Program-made: the position numbers and the translations under genes
Shown here: one piece after another, positions 14,401 through 28,089 of the stretch
Layout: every line of letters begins with the position of its first letter
Numbering within the stretch: position 1 is the first letter of the stretch
Notes under the pieces: model-generated
The model's database searches: none
Told to the model about the DNA's origin: nothing
What the model saw: only the letters and a program-made list of their open reading frames with translations
NCBI GenBank assembly: GCA_036172245.1
Contig: JAYWIR010000007.1
Location: forward strand, 1,798,001-1,862,000
Length of the DNA stretch: 64,000 nt
DNA from: Raillietiella orientalis
Lineage: Eukaryota
Direction of reading: 5' to 3'

Positions 14401-17400
14401 GATTTTGCATTGTCTGGACCTCGATGTTTCGGGGGGGGGGGAGGGGAGGGGGACTGCAAGCCGGCAGTGCTGAAACGCGCTCGCTGGAAGGCCCCCTTCC
14501 GTTATTACTTTGGATTATTATCCCCCCCCCCTCCCCCCAAAGAAATCTTACATCTACGCGAGAGCAGTCACGGAAACGGCAGGATGTGATGATCTCTCTA
14601 CTTAGCATAATGACTGAATCTCAAAAAGCCGTTGCGATGCAATGATCCCGGGTCCGCAGCCAGTGAAGGAGGCAAGCAAAAGGAACGTCTTCTCCCTTCT
14701 CCCCCTCCGAGGCAAGATGCACGTGCGTCCGGGGACGTGCATCTTGTCTGCGAGACCTCGAGCTGCTTCCCAGGAAACGTTCTTCGATCCTGCTTCGAAA
14801 AACGAAAGCGCACTTGACAACGTCAAGGGATATCAAATAAAATTCTGAATGCGCATTCATCAGAGGAAGAACGAGCGGTCCAGGATTCCCTCGGAACTTT
14901 TGATTAGTGCCCCCAGCTGCTCGCCAGATCTCCCGGAATCGAAGTTCCAGCTTCCGTGTTCACCTCTTGGCGTTTCCTTTCTTTTTTTTCTTTTTTTTAA
15001 AAAAAAAAAAAAACAAAAAACAAAAAGCAAACAAACAGAAGAAGAAGAAGTATGCGGAAGCGGAAAACGATCCTTTTTTATATTTTTCTTTTCGCCTCTG
15101 CTTCCCTGCACCATCTGTGAATGCCATCGGAAACTATTTTTGAGAGTTTTCGTCCATAGCCACCCCGCAGCAGCCCCTTCCTGCTTCAGGGCAGTGGTCA
15201 CACGTGAACAACGCTCACGAACAACGTTCAGGGAGGAGAAGATGCCAAAACTGGAAAAAGCTACTTTGATCGATCCATTTTGAATGGACGAATAGATATA
15301 TATATATATTCCTGCACTTCAACATGAATCGAAGTTGCTTCTGTATTGGGATGAGCAGGCTCGTGGAACCTTCCCCGGAATACACAGAAAGAGGACAAAT
15401 TCCAAATCGTCTTCCCGAGTTGCACGCATATGCGTCTCTTCCCGGCTTGGGAGCGTCTCTTAACAGAAAGTGTTGTTGTTGTTGTTTTAATGGCCCCGAA
15501 TCGAAAACGCCTTAGAATTCTGAGCGCCACGTTTCTTCCGACGCCGCACCGATCCATTCCGAGGTCGCGTCGGTTTCTCCTCCTTCGCAGACTGAGATCT
15601 TTTCGTCATTTCCCGCTTCTTAGTTTTTGTTTTGTCTTGCCTTGCCCTTTGTTGCCGCTGCTGTTGTTTTGTCTCTGATTCTCTGGAAGCTTGGAAGGGG
15701 GGGAGGGGATGTGTGGTTCGTGGCTGTCGCTTTTTTTTTTCTTCTTCTTCTTCTTTTTTTCCAATTTGTGAAATTTGTCTCCGGCCCGACAAAAGTCCAC
15801 ACCATAAAAGAGGTTCCTCGTAAGTGGGTGAAGCCTCCCGCAGCTGTTGGCGTTCGTTTGTTTGTTTGTTTGCCTGCTTGTTTTTCCTGGATAAGTCGTG
15901 GATGCGCCACGAGGGCAAAAACTGTCGCTTCTACTGCACCCCCTCCAAACATCGGAACGCTGAGGTCGGCGGCGGCCATAAGCGGGTCGGATTCGGTTTT
16001 TAGGGGGAGGGGAAACCCAAACCGAATCTTCGGACCAATCAGTTGCAGATGACTCAGCGCCGGGATCCGAAGTCCTGGAGCGGGGTTTGTTGGCATGGCT
16101 CGGTGTTGGTGACCCGGAGCGGAAAACCGTACCTTGCGCGCTGGCGCGTCGCCTGTGCCACCGAACAGCGGGCTCGGGATGCGACACGTCGGTGGCACGC
16201 GCACAGAGTGCGAGGTGCGTTCCGACCGCCACGGCGGTCTCGCGACCCTCTTTTGCGCTTCGAACGCGGTCCACTGCCTCCCAAGAGTTTCTTTCTCTCC
16301 TCCCCGCATCATCGGCTGGGCCGAGTCAAGCTGACGGCACGTCCGGTCAGCTCCCCGTTCAGGCGTCTCCCCGTTCCGTCAGAGCTGGAAGCCGCGCCGA
16401 CGGCCTGCCCTGAGTGCGCGAGCGACGACCGTGCTCTTCGCGAGGTGCTGACGACGAGTGGCGACGGCGCGCCTCCGCTCCGAAATCCCACGGTTTCGTC
16501 TTCTTCCTCCCCTCCTCCGCCGTCGCCTCTGCGTGGGATTCTCGCTGCGCCTCCTCGGAAGGTCCCCGCGTGCCACTTCGAGCGGTCGGCACCGTGCCGG
16601 AGGGATTCTCGCGCCCCTTTCCGAAAGTCCGCGTCTGCGCTTCCCACGCCGAAAGAAAAATCCCAGCAGCGTCACGTGGACCCCGGTTGGAGGGGGGGGG
16701 GGGGAGCGAAACCCCCCTCCCCGTCGCGGGGGTCGTCGTCGCCACGCGGGACGGCGAACGGCAAGCAGCCCGGAGCTCCGCAGCACGCGCGGGGACGTCG
16801 GTCCGCCTGCGCGCGTGAGGCGACGCCGAACGCGCGACATGCAGCCCGGGGGCATCGTCTCCTCGCAAAGCCGCCGGAGGGACCCCCCTACATTCGAATA
16901 AAGAGCTCCCGGGAGATGCGTTGGTTCCTCCCGCCGCCGTCCTGCCTCCCAGAAGCATCTCTCCGGATGCCGCCTTTCCCGATCGGGAAGGGGACGAAAC
17001 GAGCAAGCGATTGGTTTTCCGATTTCCCCACCCCCACCCCCTCCCCCGGACACGTCGGGGCATCCCTTGAAATCTAAGGGAAATTCGCAAATTGTGGCGG
17101 AGCACGTGATCCTGCCACGCTCCGTTTGTCCGCGGATCCGCCGGGTCGCCGGTGACCGGCGGGGCTGATCTCGACAGCGAGAGGAGGATGGGAGAAAAAA
17201 AAAGAAAGAGTACATAAGAATAAATAAAAATCTCCGGGAGGATCGGGAAGAGGCCACTGTCCACTGGAAGGAGTCCTTCGCTCCTCACCAGGATTCCGAC
17301 TAGGTCCCGGGTGGGGCCGTCGTCCGTCCGCTGGCCGCAGAAAGAGAACTGCAAATTTCGGTTTTCCTATCGCCTGCACTTTGCAGCGCCTGCGGCCATC

Positions 17401-20400
17401 TCGGGCGTCGACGAAGAGACCTCGGTTTGGGCGGAAAGCGTTTCGCAAGAGACGGGGGGGCTGCGTGCGGGCGTGGGCGGCGGGGAAAGGAAGGGGGCGG
17501 GCAGGTTCGGCTTGCATGCCGGAAGAACCGTCCCCCTTGGTTGCCTGGGCATCGCTCGGGCTGCATGCCAGGGAAGGAGGGGAGGGACAGCGAGCGGGGG
17601 TGGCGGTGGCGGGAACGGTTTTCGCGTTGCCGGGGACCGTGGGCGACGGGGCGGGGCCGAGCGACGCATCCGATCCGGACGCCGGGAGGGGACGCGTTTT
17701 TCATATCAGTTATTTGTTATTAATATATTACCTTTTAATTAGAAATGTTCAAATGAATTTGTTGGGGCAATATATTCCTAAAATATTTTTTATGCTGATG
17801 AAGTGAATTTAGAATTTATGTATCTTAAAAACAAGTAGTAGTTTAATAGAATATTTTATTGACATCAAAAAGGAAAATTTCTGGTTTTAAGTTAAAACTA
17901 ATATGACAGAAATATAAGTATTAAATTTAGGATTTCATTATGCTTGAAGCTGTTAGTAATAATTTTTACATGTGAACATAATGAAGTATATATAAATTTT
18001 AAAAATGAAATATGTAGTATTTAATTTTAATTATAAAAAAGATTGAATTAGTAATTATTTAAAATTGTGATGCGGTGGGAGGGGGGGGGGGGGGAACACT
18101 CGCGGAACCCAACGAAGAGCGTGCGCGCGCGCGTGTGTGGGTGTGAGGGGGAGGGATCTCGGGAACTGTTCAGGGCGGTGGGGGAGGGTCGTCTTGCTGC
18201 TGAAGCGAGAGTTTCCGCTCCCCTTCTTTCGACCGTCCATCCCATGTGGGTGGTCTCACCGGCTCGATGGAAGGTCGGTCGCTGTTGCACGTCTTGCGAC
18301 GACGGGGTGTCTCTCTTCCTGTTCTTCCTTGGGAGGATCCGCAGTTGCCGCGCGGTCCATCCCAGAGGCGGGGACGTTCCATTTCCGTTCCGTCAGCCTC
18401 CAAGCAACACTGGAGCCGGCTCCCCTCGTCCTGGAGCCCAGGACCGCAGGAAAGGGTGGGAAGGAGAGGCCCGTGGACCCGAAAGCGAACCGCGAGACCT
18501 CGCCGCCGCGGACTCCGCCCATTTCTCCTCCCCTCCGCGAAATCTCGGACAGGAACCTCCAGGGAGCTCCCCCCGCGCCTGTCCCGACCTCCCGCCGGCG
18601 CGCGCGCCCGCCTCGCGGGTTCGCCGCGACGTCTCGAACGCCCTCCCGCCTTCCTGTTCGGACCGTCCGACTCGGGTGTTGGGAAGGGGAAGGAGGTCGG
18701 CCGCTCCCCGGAAACGCCCCCAGGCGGCGTTGGGGTGAAAACTCTCGGCGTCGCTGGCGTCTTTGTGGATTCTTCCAGCCGGCGTGGCTTCGGAAGCTCC
18801 CCCTCTTCTTCCCCCAAACTCTTCTGTCCTCCTCCTCGCCCCTCACCCTCGTCCGTGCTCGACGTGCTCGTCTTCCCCTTCCGGTGCGTCGTCGCGCAGA
18901 GACCCGCGCGCCCCTTCCGAGAAGGAGTCTCGCCCCGTGCCTCTTCGCCTTCCCTCGTGGCGCGCGGTCCCTCCCGCCCTCTCCCCTCGGACTGCCGCCG
19001 CCTACGCACTCCGCCGGGATTCGCTCGCCCATCTCCTCTTCCCCGCCGATCCGCGGGTCCACGAACAGCTGTCGCTCCCGGAAGGAGCAGCTCACTGCTC
19101 CTCCGCACTCTGGAGAGGCGTTGGTACACCAGCCCCGCGGCACCGGCGACGGAGGGTCCTCCGCCAGGAGGAGGGGGAAAGGGAGGAGGGACGGCCCCAT
19201 TCTCGCAACCGGAGGTGAACCCCGAGGGGAACCGGCACTCCTGGATTCCTCGAAGGGCATCCCGCCGCACTCCGCGGGATGGACCGACCAGTGCCGTCCT
19301 GCGAGGGAGCTCGTAACCCGTTCTCGGTCGTCGCTCCTTTCCCCCCGGACGGGATTCCAGCCTGCGACTCTCGGTGCCACGCGCGGAGAGAGAGAGAGCA
19401 CAGCCTCCAACGCAACCTCCAGCCTCGGCGCCACCACTGCAGCTGCGTGGTTCGCAAAGGAGCGTTCGGCGTCAAACGTGGCGGTGGCTCCAAGCGCCAG
19501 CTGCGCCGTGCTGGCAGCTGAAGGTGGCCCCGGAGCTCCTCGCCGCTCCGGAGAGAGGCCCCGAGTAGGCGGAGCGACCCCGATGCCTGGGGCTCGCCAC
19601 CGGACTCGAAGACGACGCGACCCGGCCGCTGTTCTTCCGTCTTCTCTGCCTCTCCTGCTGTTGCAGTCGAGCTGCAAGGCGGGCGCCACGGTCCGCTAGT
19701 TTGTTGCGCCACCCCACAGACGCTCCCGTCCCGTGACTGTCCCTCGCGCAAGAAAAGGCGCCGCCGCGGATGCGAAACGCGCGCGGCCGTGGCGCGGGGA
19801 GATATGCGAGCGCCACGAGCTCCTGTACTTCCGCTGTCTGCCCGGGCAGTGCCACCGCCGCCCACGCCGCGAGAAGTTTCGCCGCAATCCCAGAAAACCA
19901 ACAGTGCGCGCCCCTGGGGTGGGGTGGGGGTGGGGTGCGACCCGGGTCGGGCGACCGCACGGGACGACTGGGATAACGGGGGTCTCGCGTTCCCGGATCG
20001 AGCTCGGGACTAAAAATAGACGGCGGCTTCTTCTGGCTGGGGCGCCTCCGCCGTGCCCGCATCTCCCTGCCGCGTCTCCAAGGATACACCTCCTCCTCTT
20101 CCCCCCCTTCCCTTATCTCCAAACGGGAACGCGTCCTGCCTCATCAGGTAATGTACCGAACGGTGGGATCGATCGAAGAATCGCGAAGTGGAGGTCGCTC
20201 CCCTGCCCCGGTCATTCCGCGGGGTGAGGCGCGAGCAGGTGTCTCCTCTCCTACCCTCCTTCCCCTTGGGGCAGCACGAGGGGGAAGCGGTTCCAGAGGC
20301 CGTCTCCGGCGCGTCCCCCCTCTCCCCCACCACCCTTCGTGGAACCCTCACGGACCGGGCAGCGCGCCAGGCCACACCACGGTAGGGAGGCAGCCCTAAG

Positions 20401-23400
20401 CGGTCGTGGCCATCAGGAGGCCACCGGGCCGCCCACAAAGCTCTCGGGGAGCGCATGCGCTGCCCTCCGAGGGGCCGCGCAGGGAGTCACTCGCTCTCGA
20501 CCAGCGGGGCGCCCCTCTCTGCCGAGGCCGCGGTGTGCTTCGGGGATCCGCCACTTGGAGGGGCTGGCGCTGCGCCCGGGAGGCACCACCAGCTGGGGGG
20601 TGAGCGTCCTCTCGTAGGCTTCCCGCAGAACGGTTGGGCGGGAAGGCTGACGGGAGCGTCCGAGGCCCTGCGCTTCTCCCTACAGGGCAGTCTCCGAGCC
20701 GGCGCACGGTCCTCCCCTTAGAACCCCGCGGGAAGCGCCTCCGGGTGCCCCGCCGGAGACGCAGCTCGACGCTTTGACTCTGCGCTGCCCACCTCCCCCG
20801 TTCTTGCCTGGGGCACCGGCAGCACCCTACACGGACCTCCTCCTCCCCCATCTCCATGGCGCCCGCGGCTGCCCTAGAAGAGAGAGGTGGAGCGCCGCTG
20901 GTGGGGGGGGAGGTTGACTCTCTCTCGGATCGTCCTTTGCGGGCCACGGGTGGCCGCGAGCCCAGAGAGATCCCGCCTCCCGCTCCAACGGGCGACCTCC
21001 CGGCGCGCTCATGGCCTGCTGGAAGAAGGGGTGGGGGTTGGGGGCTCCAGTGCGAGGCTCTCCCCTCCCACCCTCCATACCTCCCTCCGCCGCCCACTCG
21101 CCACGCGGAGAGGCCCTCGGCAGCGGCCGCAACCGCAGCCCGGGTCACCAGCATGAGGGCACGATGAATGAGGGGGGATCGGGGTCCGCGCGCCCCGTCC
21201 TTGCTTGACTTTTGACCACCGTCGCGGGGGGGGGGGCTTGTGCTTGGGGCGCTAGCCGCGCGACCCGGGAGGAGAACCGCGAACGGATGCTTTAGGGGGG
21301 GGGAAGAAGGGGGAGGGAGAACCTCCCGGACTCCTGCAGCAGCGGAGGGAACCCGGCACATCCCCGGAGAGCTTCCGACTTCCCCGGACGCTGTGGCGGG
21401 GTGGGGAGGGTGTGAGGTGCATCCCTGGGTTCGCGATCCACCCCTGTGAAGAGTTGCTGGGTGGTCGGTCCGGGAAGCGAGGGGGTAGGGAGCTGAAGAG
21501 CACTCCTGAACCCCGCAGGGTGCATCCAAGGGAGGGACGCCGCAGCACGAAGTGCGGAAAGGGCGGAGGGAAGAAGTCAAGGTCCACCGTCCTCTGAGGT
21601 CATCCTCCTCTTCCCCCCTCCCGCGCGCGCTCGCCCCTCTGGTCCGCGGACCCTTTCCGGGTCACCCCCGAGGGCTCCAGACCACCTCCCCCCTTCTACC
21701 AAACGCCGTTCTCCTCCCCCGCCGGGTGCAGCGCCCCGAGTTTGCGCGGACGGGGAGGAAACGGCGGCGGGAGGGCAGCTCCCGGGGCCTCTGCGATTCG
21801 CCTGCTCCCCTCCGGAACTCCTCCTGCGGCGCGCGCGGACAGGCGTTCCCGTAGGAGGCTCCCTGATCTCTCCCTCCGCGCGCGGATCGATAGCGGCGCC
21901 TGGCAATCCTGTCCGGAGCGCCTCGGACCGCGCTGCAGAGGTTCCGAAAGAGGCGATCCCGGGCACTCCGCGGCGCCCCTCGCCTGGTCGAGTGAACACT
22001 CGCTCGGGTGGGGGGGGGAGGGAGGACCCTCCCTGTTTCCCCCTCCCTCCCCTTTAGCCGCTCTCCCTGAAGCTACTCCTCCCCCCTCCTGGAAAAGGAG
22101 GCGCCGCCCGACGAGGGGGACTGGAACGGACCCCCGACTCCCTCGCCCCCTCCTCCGCTGCAGCGCGGGCCGGAGCTCCCGTTAATGGAGCGCCGGCCTC
22201 TCCGGTAGCTCCTGGGAACAGCAGCAGCGACCTTTCCCCCCCCCCTCCCCCCGTAACCTCCCCTAGAAAATTCGCAAGGTCGGGGACCGTCGTGGTCCTC
22301 GCCTTCGTTCCCTCCCGACCACCCCCTGGGGCCACCGACGGCGCTGAGGGGAACGGACTCGGGGGCGGGAAAGAAAAAGTCGGGAGGTGACTGCCGCGGG
22401 GGTGCAGTCCCTCGAGGCGCGAGCGCCCGTCGAAGTGGCGAGCGTCCCGGGCCCCGGCCGCCGGAGCCGCGTGGGTCGGAGGATGCAGGGCGGTCGACAG
22501 AAGGAAGGGTCATGCGCGTGCGCGCGCGCGAGAGAGGGAGAGCGGGAGAGTCCGATCGATAGAGCGACAAGCGCGTCCCGGCCTCGCCCCCGCCCCCGCA
22601 TGTGCGTGCTTGCGCGCGCAGGGCAGTGGTGCCGGGGGGGAAGGGGGGGGGGAACGTGGCAACACTGCCATCGCGCCGCCGCCGCCGCTGATGGAGCGAC
22701 TGAGAACGAGTGACCTTGAAGGGCGCAGTCTCGGCCGATACCCGGCGAACGCTGCGCTCTTAGTGGGCGTGCGCCACGGGAAGCGCCTAGTCCTCGGTGC
22801 CACCAGGGGCAGCGGAGTATGCGCGGCACCCGTTCGCGCGCGTGCCGGTGTCGACGCTGGCACGTGCGGCGAAAAGTTTGGTGTGTGTGTATGGGGGGAG
22901 GGGGAGATCATCCCACACTCCCGGACGCGGGCCACGTGGTGGCGCCGCGGTTCGATTCGTGCCGGAGGGAAAGGGGTGAGGGTGAGAGGAACCGCCGCGC
23001 CCACTTCCCCGCAGCCTGGCTTCCCGCGGAAACGCGGACGTAAACGTGACCGCCTCCATTTCCCCTGCGCAGGCGGAAGAAACCACACGGCTGGCTCTCT
23101 TCCCGGTCGGGAGCGTGGGTAGAACGGGAATTCCGGAGGAGAGCCAGCCTCCCACGACTCCCTGGCGACCGCCTGGACGATGGTGGCTATTGGAAGCGGG
23201 TGATCCGAGGAGGGATCCCGTCGGCAGCAGGGGTACGCCGCCCGGTCGGTCCGCGTTGGCTCCGGGAGGGAGGGAGTTTCCTCGGGCCCGCCGACGAGAC
23301 GGAAGCTCCGACGGAGCTGCCGCCGCCGGATGGCTGTAGTGACCGCCTGCGTCACATCTTCGTCCTCCGGAGAAGTCCCCAGCAAGGTGGGGAAGCAACG

Positions 23401-25630
23401 CGGAGCGGAAACTCCCGGGGACCGTGGCACAACTTCCGCGCTCGCCCTCCATGTGGCATCGGCAGCGGATTCTCATCCAGCTGAAGCGGAGGACCCGCTG
23501 AAGCAATTAGGGAGATGGGAGCGGCGGCGGTAGGGGTTGTCCCGGAAAGAGCGATGGATTCGGGTAGAAACCACGCGCATCTCTTCCGCTCGCGGCCTCT
23601 TCCTCTGGACGAATTCTTCCTCGGTTGATACATCGCTTCCCCTCTGGAAGATGTCCGGTTTCAGGAAACTTCCCGTTTCGTTTCCTAGGAACCCCATTCG
23701 ATCGCAGCAGAATCTTCATCCTTGGTATCGTCACGTGTACACGGAATGCACGGAAGCTGCTCCTCCTCATCGCCGCCTACCGTACGCTCGAACCCCTCCC
23801 CCCTCGTGCTTTTCCCCCGGTCGGTAAAATGGCTGCCAGCGTCCTCGGCAAAGAAAATGGCGGTTCGCGGTTGCGGCGGTGGTTCCTTTTATGGATAGCA
23901 CGATGATGATGACAAGCGCGGAGAACAGACGACGTTCGCGCGCCTTGGAGACGCCAAGGACTCTGCGCGTGTGCTCGCGGGGGTGAACGCGAGTCGGCTT
24001 CCTGCAAATGGCAACTTGAGAAACCTCGACCGTGACACGCGGTGATCCTCCCCAGGAGGTGATCTGCTCCGGAGTGCAGCTGCAGAGATGCCTTGAGCAT
24101 TTTCAAGAACGTGCTGATTTCGAACCGCAGAATAAGTCGGCAACACTGAAATGGCCGAACGAATGGAGGCGCCTCGGTCCTGGAACGGTGCCGTCGAGAG
24201 GGCGTGGTAGTGCGCTCACCGCTGCACCCACCCGCCCACCCGTGCATACTAAAGAAGCTCCTGCCTCCGTCTTTGTCGGAAATCCAAGAGTCGCCTTTTT
24301 GTGACCGTCATTTGGTTCGCTTTATCTCATTCCGTTTCATTTGGTTTTTGTTTTTCTTTTCGCTGCCGGTTTAAATGAAATTAACTGTAAGATGGCGAAG
24401 GTTTTCTCCTCGCGCATTCAGTGCGGAGTGCGTTTTTGCAGCACCGACGCTTTCGTTTCTTGCGCATTGCTGTTTCTGCTGTTATGAATGCTTGGATGAT
24501 GAAGCATGTAATTCTTAATGGCAAAGATATAACTCTGTAATGGACATGAATGTTTCCCAGGGTTGAAACATTTCCTCGCCGAGCGACGATACCACCCTCT
24601 TCCTTTTCCGTTTGCGTCATAATGGAAACAGAGCTCTTCGTAGACAGATAAGGGTAGCTGGGGTTTGTTCGTGCAGACCGTTTTTTTATGTGAAGGGATG
24701 GATCCCAAGCGTTACTCGTGTTTGTTTCATTACTATTATTGCCATCCTTATTATTACCTACCGTGATGCAAAGGGCGCCTTGCGAAATCAGAAAGGACGC
24801 AGCCAGTGTTCCGTGCAGTGCACGTTGTGCCTACACGTAAGGAGCGTCCGCAGTCTCCGTTGCTCCGGGAAGCGCCACCGCGTGCTTGTGGCTGCTGAGG
24901 ACGTCTCTCTCCTACCGGGGAGGGACGGTTCCATGCCCCGAATTTTCCCGCTGGCCGGCCCGGCGTCCATCGAGGTTTTCATAGCAGTAAACTCCAGATA
25001 ATGCTCTGTTGATAAGAGGGAGGCAGCGTTGGTGGCAAAGATACGTATAATTGCATCAGAGGCAGTTTAATCGTTTTCGCGTCCGCGTCGCTGCAGCGCA
25101 GGAGGAAGCCAAAATTTATGGAATGCTGCTCTCACACGGAAAAGAGCAAACGCCGGAACCACGCACAGTTGCTGAAATGCCCATCGCCAGCGAGTGCATG
25201 GCAACGATGATGAAACAGCGAGCCCGAGGCGTTTGTCGAGAACTCACCTTCTGTTTCCCCTTTCTTCTACCCCAGAAAGGAAACTCGCAAAAGAGCCGGC
25301 CGGAGCTGAGGAGTTTCTCGGATTCAAATTATGAATAAATAGGTAGCGCATGTGCGATGGCGCAGCGCCACTCCGAACCCTTACCGAGTCTGACGTCACC
25401 AAAGTGAGATGTTTCCAAGTAGAGGGATCAGGAAGCAGGAAAAAAGATTCTGATTCCCCCGTAAAGTTACAGAGTCTGCAACTTTTATTACTCCTCCCAA
25501 GGAATGCTCGAGATAATGCAGCCTTTCTGTTACAGAATCCTCATCGAAGAAACTGAATTATTCTTGTCTTTGATTTGAGTCACTTCTTCATTTCCAAAAA
25601 GCGACAAAATTCTGAAATTTCTCATTCACG

Positions 25631-25666
25631 TATATGTATATATATATATATATATATGTATATGTA
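25631..25666. repeat. (TA)n-rich microsatellite
   Basis: Read directly from the sequence. Confidence 0.9.
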
Positions 25667-28089
25667 TTCTCTTCCAGATCCTGGGGTAGAAGAAACAAAG
25701 GAAGTCCAGAAAGTCTCTTCCTATGGTGGAGCGAACGATTGTTATCCGCCATGTTGGGATCAGTTGCAAGCTGATGAAGTAACTACTCTAGAAGACATTA
25801 TTCAGACCAATAGCTGTCATGATTGGTATTCCCATGTATTCTATCCGCATTTCTGGGATACTGTTTCCGAGACAGTCGAAGAAACATGTGTGCCAACAGA
25901 TTTGAGTTACTGGTGCCAAACAGATAGTGCTAGCAACCCTTTCTGGTTTAACGTTTTTGCGCTCTTCTTGTTATTTTGTTGCTTCCCAGGAATCCGGTGA
26001 TTTTATTCCCAATCTTTCTTTTTTGAAATGATCTCCATATTAGATAAATTTCCAATAAGTGGCCCCATGATAGCCTGTAGGAGCAATCCTTAGTGATTCA
26101 ATTACGGCAATCCCGTCCATTGGTTCTTCTAATGTTGATTTCCATTTCCAACTTGCTGGTCACATTGGCAAGATATTTTTGTACGAAATAGATTAATCTT
26201 CTCCTATTTCACGGGTTCCTTAATGATTTTATGGATCATCAGGACACCATCGAGGAAAATCCCGAATTGTAAATCAGAGAAGTGTTGTTGAGAATAAACG
26301 AAGCCTTTTCTTATTCTCTTTATTTCATATGCATTTATGAGCTGCAGATGACGAGCAGGTTTTCCCATTTCCGGTGGAAACTGAGAAGATGTCATGGACG
26401 AAAGGCTGGGAATAAAACGTATCATCGGCAAAGAATGCGAAATTGAAAAAAACAAAAAACAAAAACAAAAAAACATCGCAAAAGTGACTCCTCTCAGAGC
26501 ACTCATAAACCTTAGAAATCCACATCTGGAAAGTATTTAGACGACGTTCTTGGAATCACCAGCTGATTAGTGGATCAGTAAGAAAAACGAATGCTTCTTT
26601 CCCAGTCACAAAAAAACGGTACCCAAATGGATGCAGCACAACTGACTGACCGCCTTCTCTGAAGATGATTTGATTTCCCTTAATGAACCCTATGAATACA
26701 TCATGCGAATTCCATACACCCAGATGTCCGCTTTCAATGCAGTAGGTGATGTACATGGACGTACGGCAGCCTGCTCGTACTTATCAGGGAAAGACCACCT
26801 GCCCTGCAATGACTCGCGCATCCATCAGAAACACCTTAAAGAAAAATAGGAATGACGAAAAGCACGCACATCCCCGTCTTGAAATGAAACACTTTACATT
26901 TGACCGAGAAGCTTATATATTCTCGCGGGCACATTCTCGTGATCGAAGAAATTTTTTCTTTCGCTCTCCCCGCTCGGATGTGTGTTCTTCTCGACCTTCC
27001 TTTGACTTAATCGATCTCTTGCCATTTTTTCTTCTTTTCCATGTGGTGGGGTTTCTTCACAAAGCAGCGTTTCACACGGCAGGACCGTGTCGTGGGGTTT
27101 TGTGTGTGTGTGTGTGCATTTCGTTTCGCAACCTGCCTTTTGTTATCTTTTCACATTTCGAATTGTAATTCCTCCTTCCGGTTCATTATCATCCAGTGTA
27201 CAGGTCGCCGCTGCTATTCGTCCTCTGGTCGTGTGGAACTTCCTTTGGATTTTGCATCCTCTTCACCTATGTTGCAATGCTGGAAGTGCACGCAGATTTG
27301 GGACCGTGGCTTCGGCACTTCGTGGTTTTTTTTTTCTTTTTTTTTTATCGACGTACTTAATGTATCCACAGTTTTCGAGTGACTGCACAAAAAGCAAAGT
27401 ATACACGCATTTCCAGCCAGTTTCTTTCGTTTAGTTCAATACTTGAGGTGTGTATCCTAATTGCCCTACTCTGCCCTTTCTTTGTTCAGCTCATGTCGGT
27501 CCGGTTGAGGAACATAATCGAGCATTTGTTTTGAAACGAATACGGTTCTTACCAGTTTCTGATCGTAGCCTCTCAATTCATACTTCGGCTGGTTCATAGA
27601 TTTATCCATTTTGGAGTGCAGGAATGCCATTGTCTCATTGCATATTTAGGGAGTTCTGCATAAGTTCAGCTTTGCCAATTTTCAAGAATGCCATTGTCTA
27701 GTAATTCTATTACAAGATTTCTGCATTTCGGAATCTCAGGAAAATATTTCTCTTATTGCATAAAGGTACCCTTACATAAATTAAGATACCATTTAAGCTT
27801 TATTCCATGAAGCTTAAACAGTATATAAGTTTGTCCCCTAATGAAGATGGATTTTTTGAATAGACTAAAAGTACATTTGAAGTTTGTAGGCAGTACATGC
27901 TGATATTTTTTTCTTTAGTTGGTTTTAATTGTATTTATATCGATATAATCACTAGATCTTATACTATTCTTCTGCATAAATATTCTCAAATTAACGAGAT
28001 ACCATGGTCGAATCTTTCGGCGGCTGACTTCAATTCTTTATTTTGCCTTTGATTGTATGATTACATTTTTCTTTTTAGTTAGGTTATTC

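Noticed and set aside
17697..18071. AT-rich island as a NUMT
   Set aside because: I recognised no mitochondrial gene, tRNA or rRNA motif; it is kept only as an unexplained island.
16043..23506. Long ORFs (300-520 aa) on both strands, e.g. 18137-19699, 18256-19689 and 20396-21580
   Set aside because: They are low-complexity R/P/G/A/S translations overlapping in many frames, as expected from very high GC, and contain no intact domain.
24770..25000. Possible piggyBac cysteine-rich C-terminal relic (-)
   Set aside because: Only a vague ALCIT..N similarity; the cysteine pattern is not preserved.
26325..26756. STGNGKT (Walker A-like) and FADD (RT-like) motifs on the - strand
   Set aside because: They are isolated short motifs in stop-ridden frames with no supporting context.
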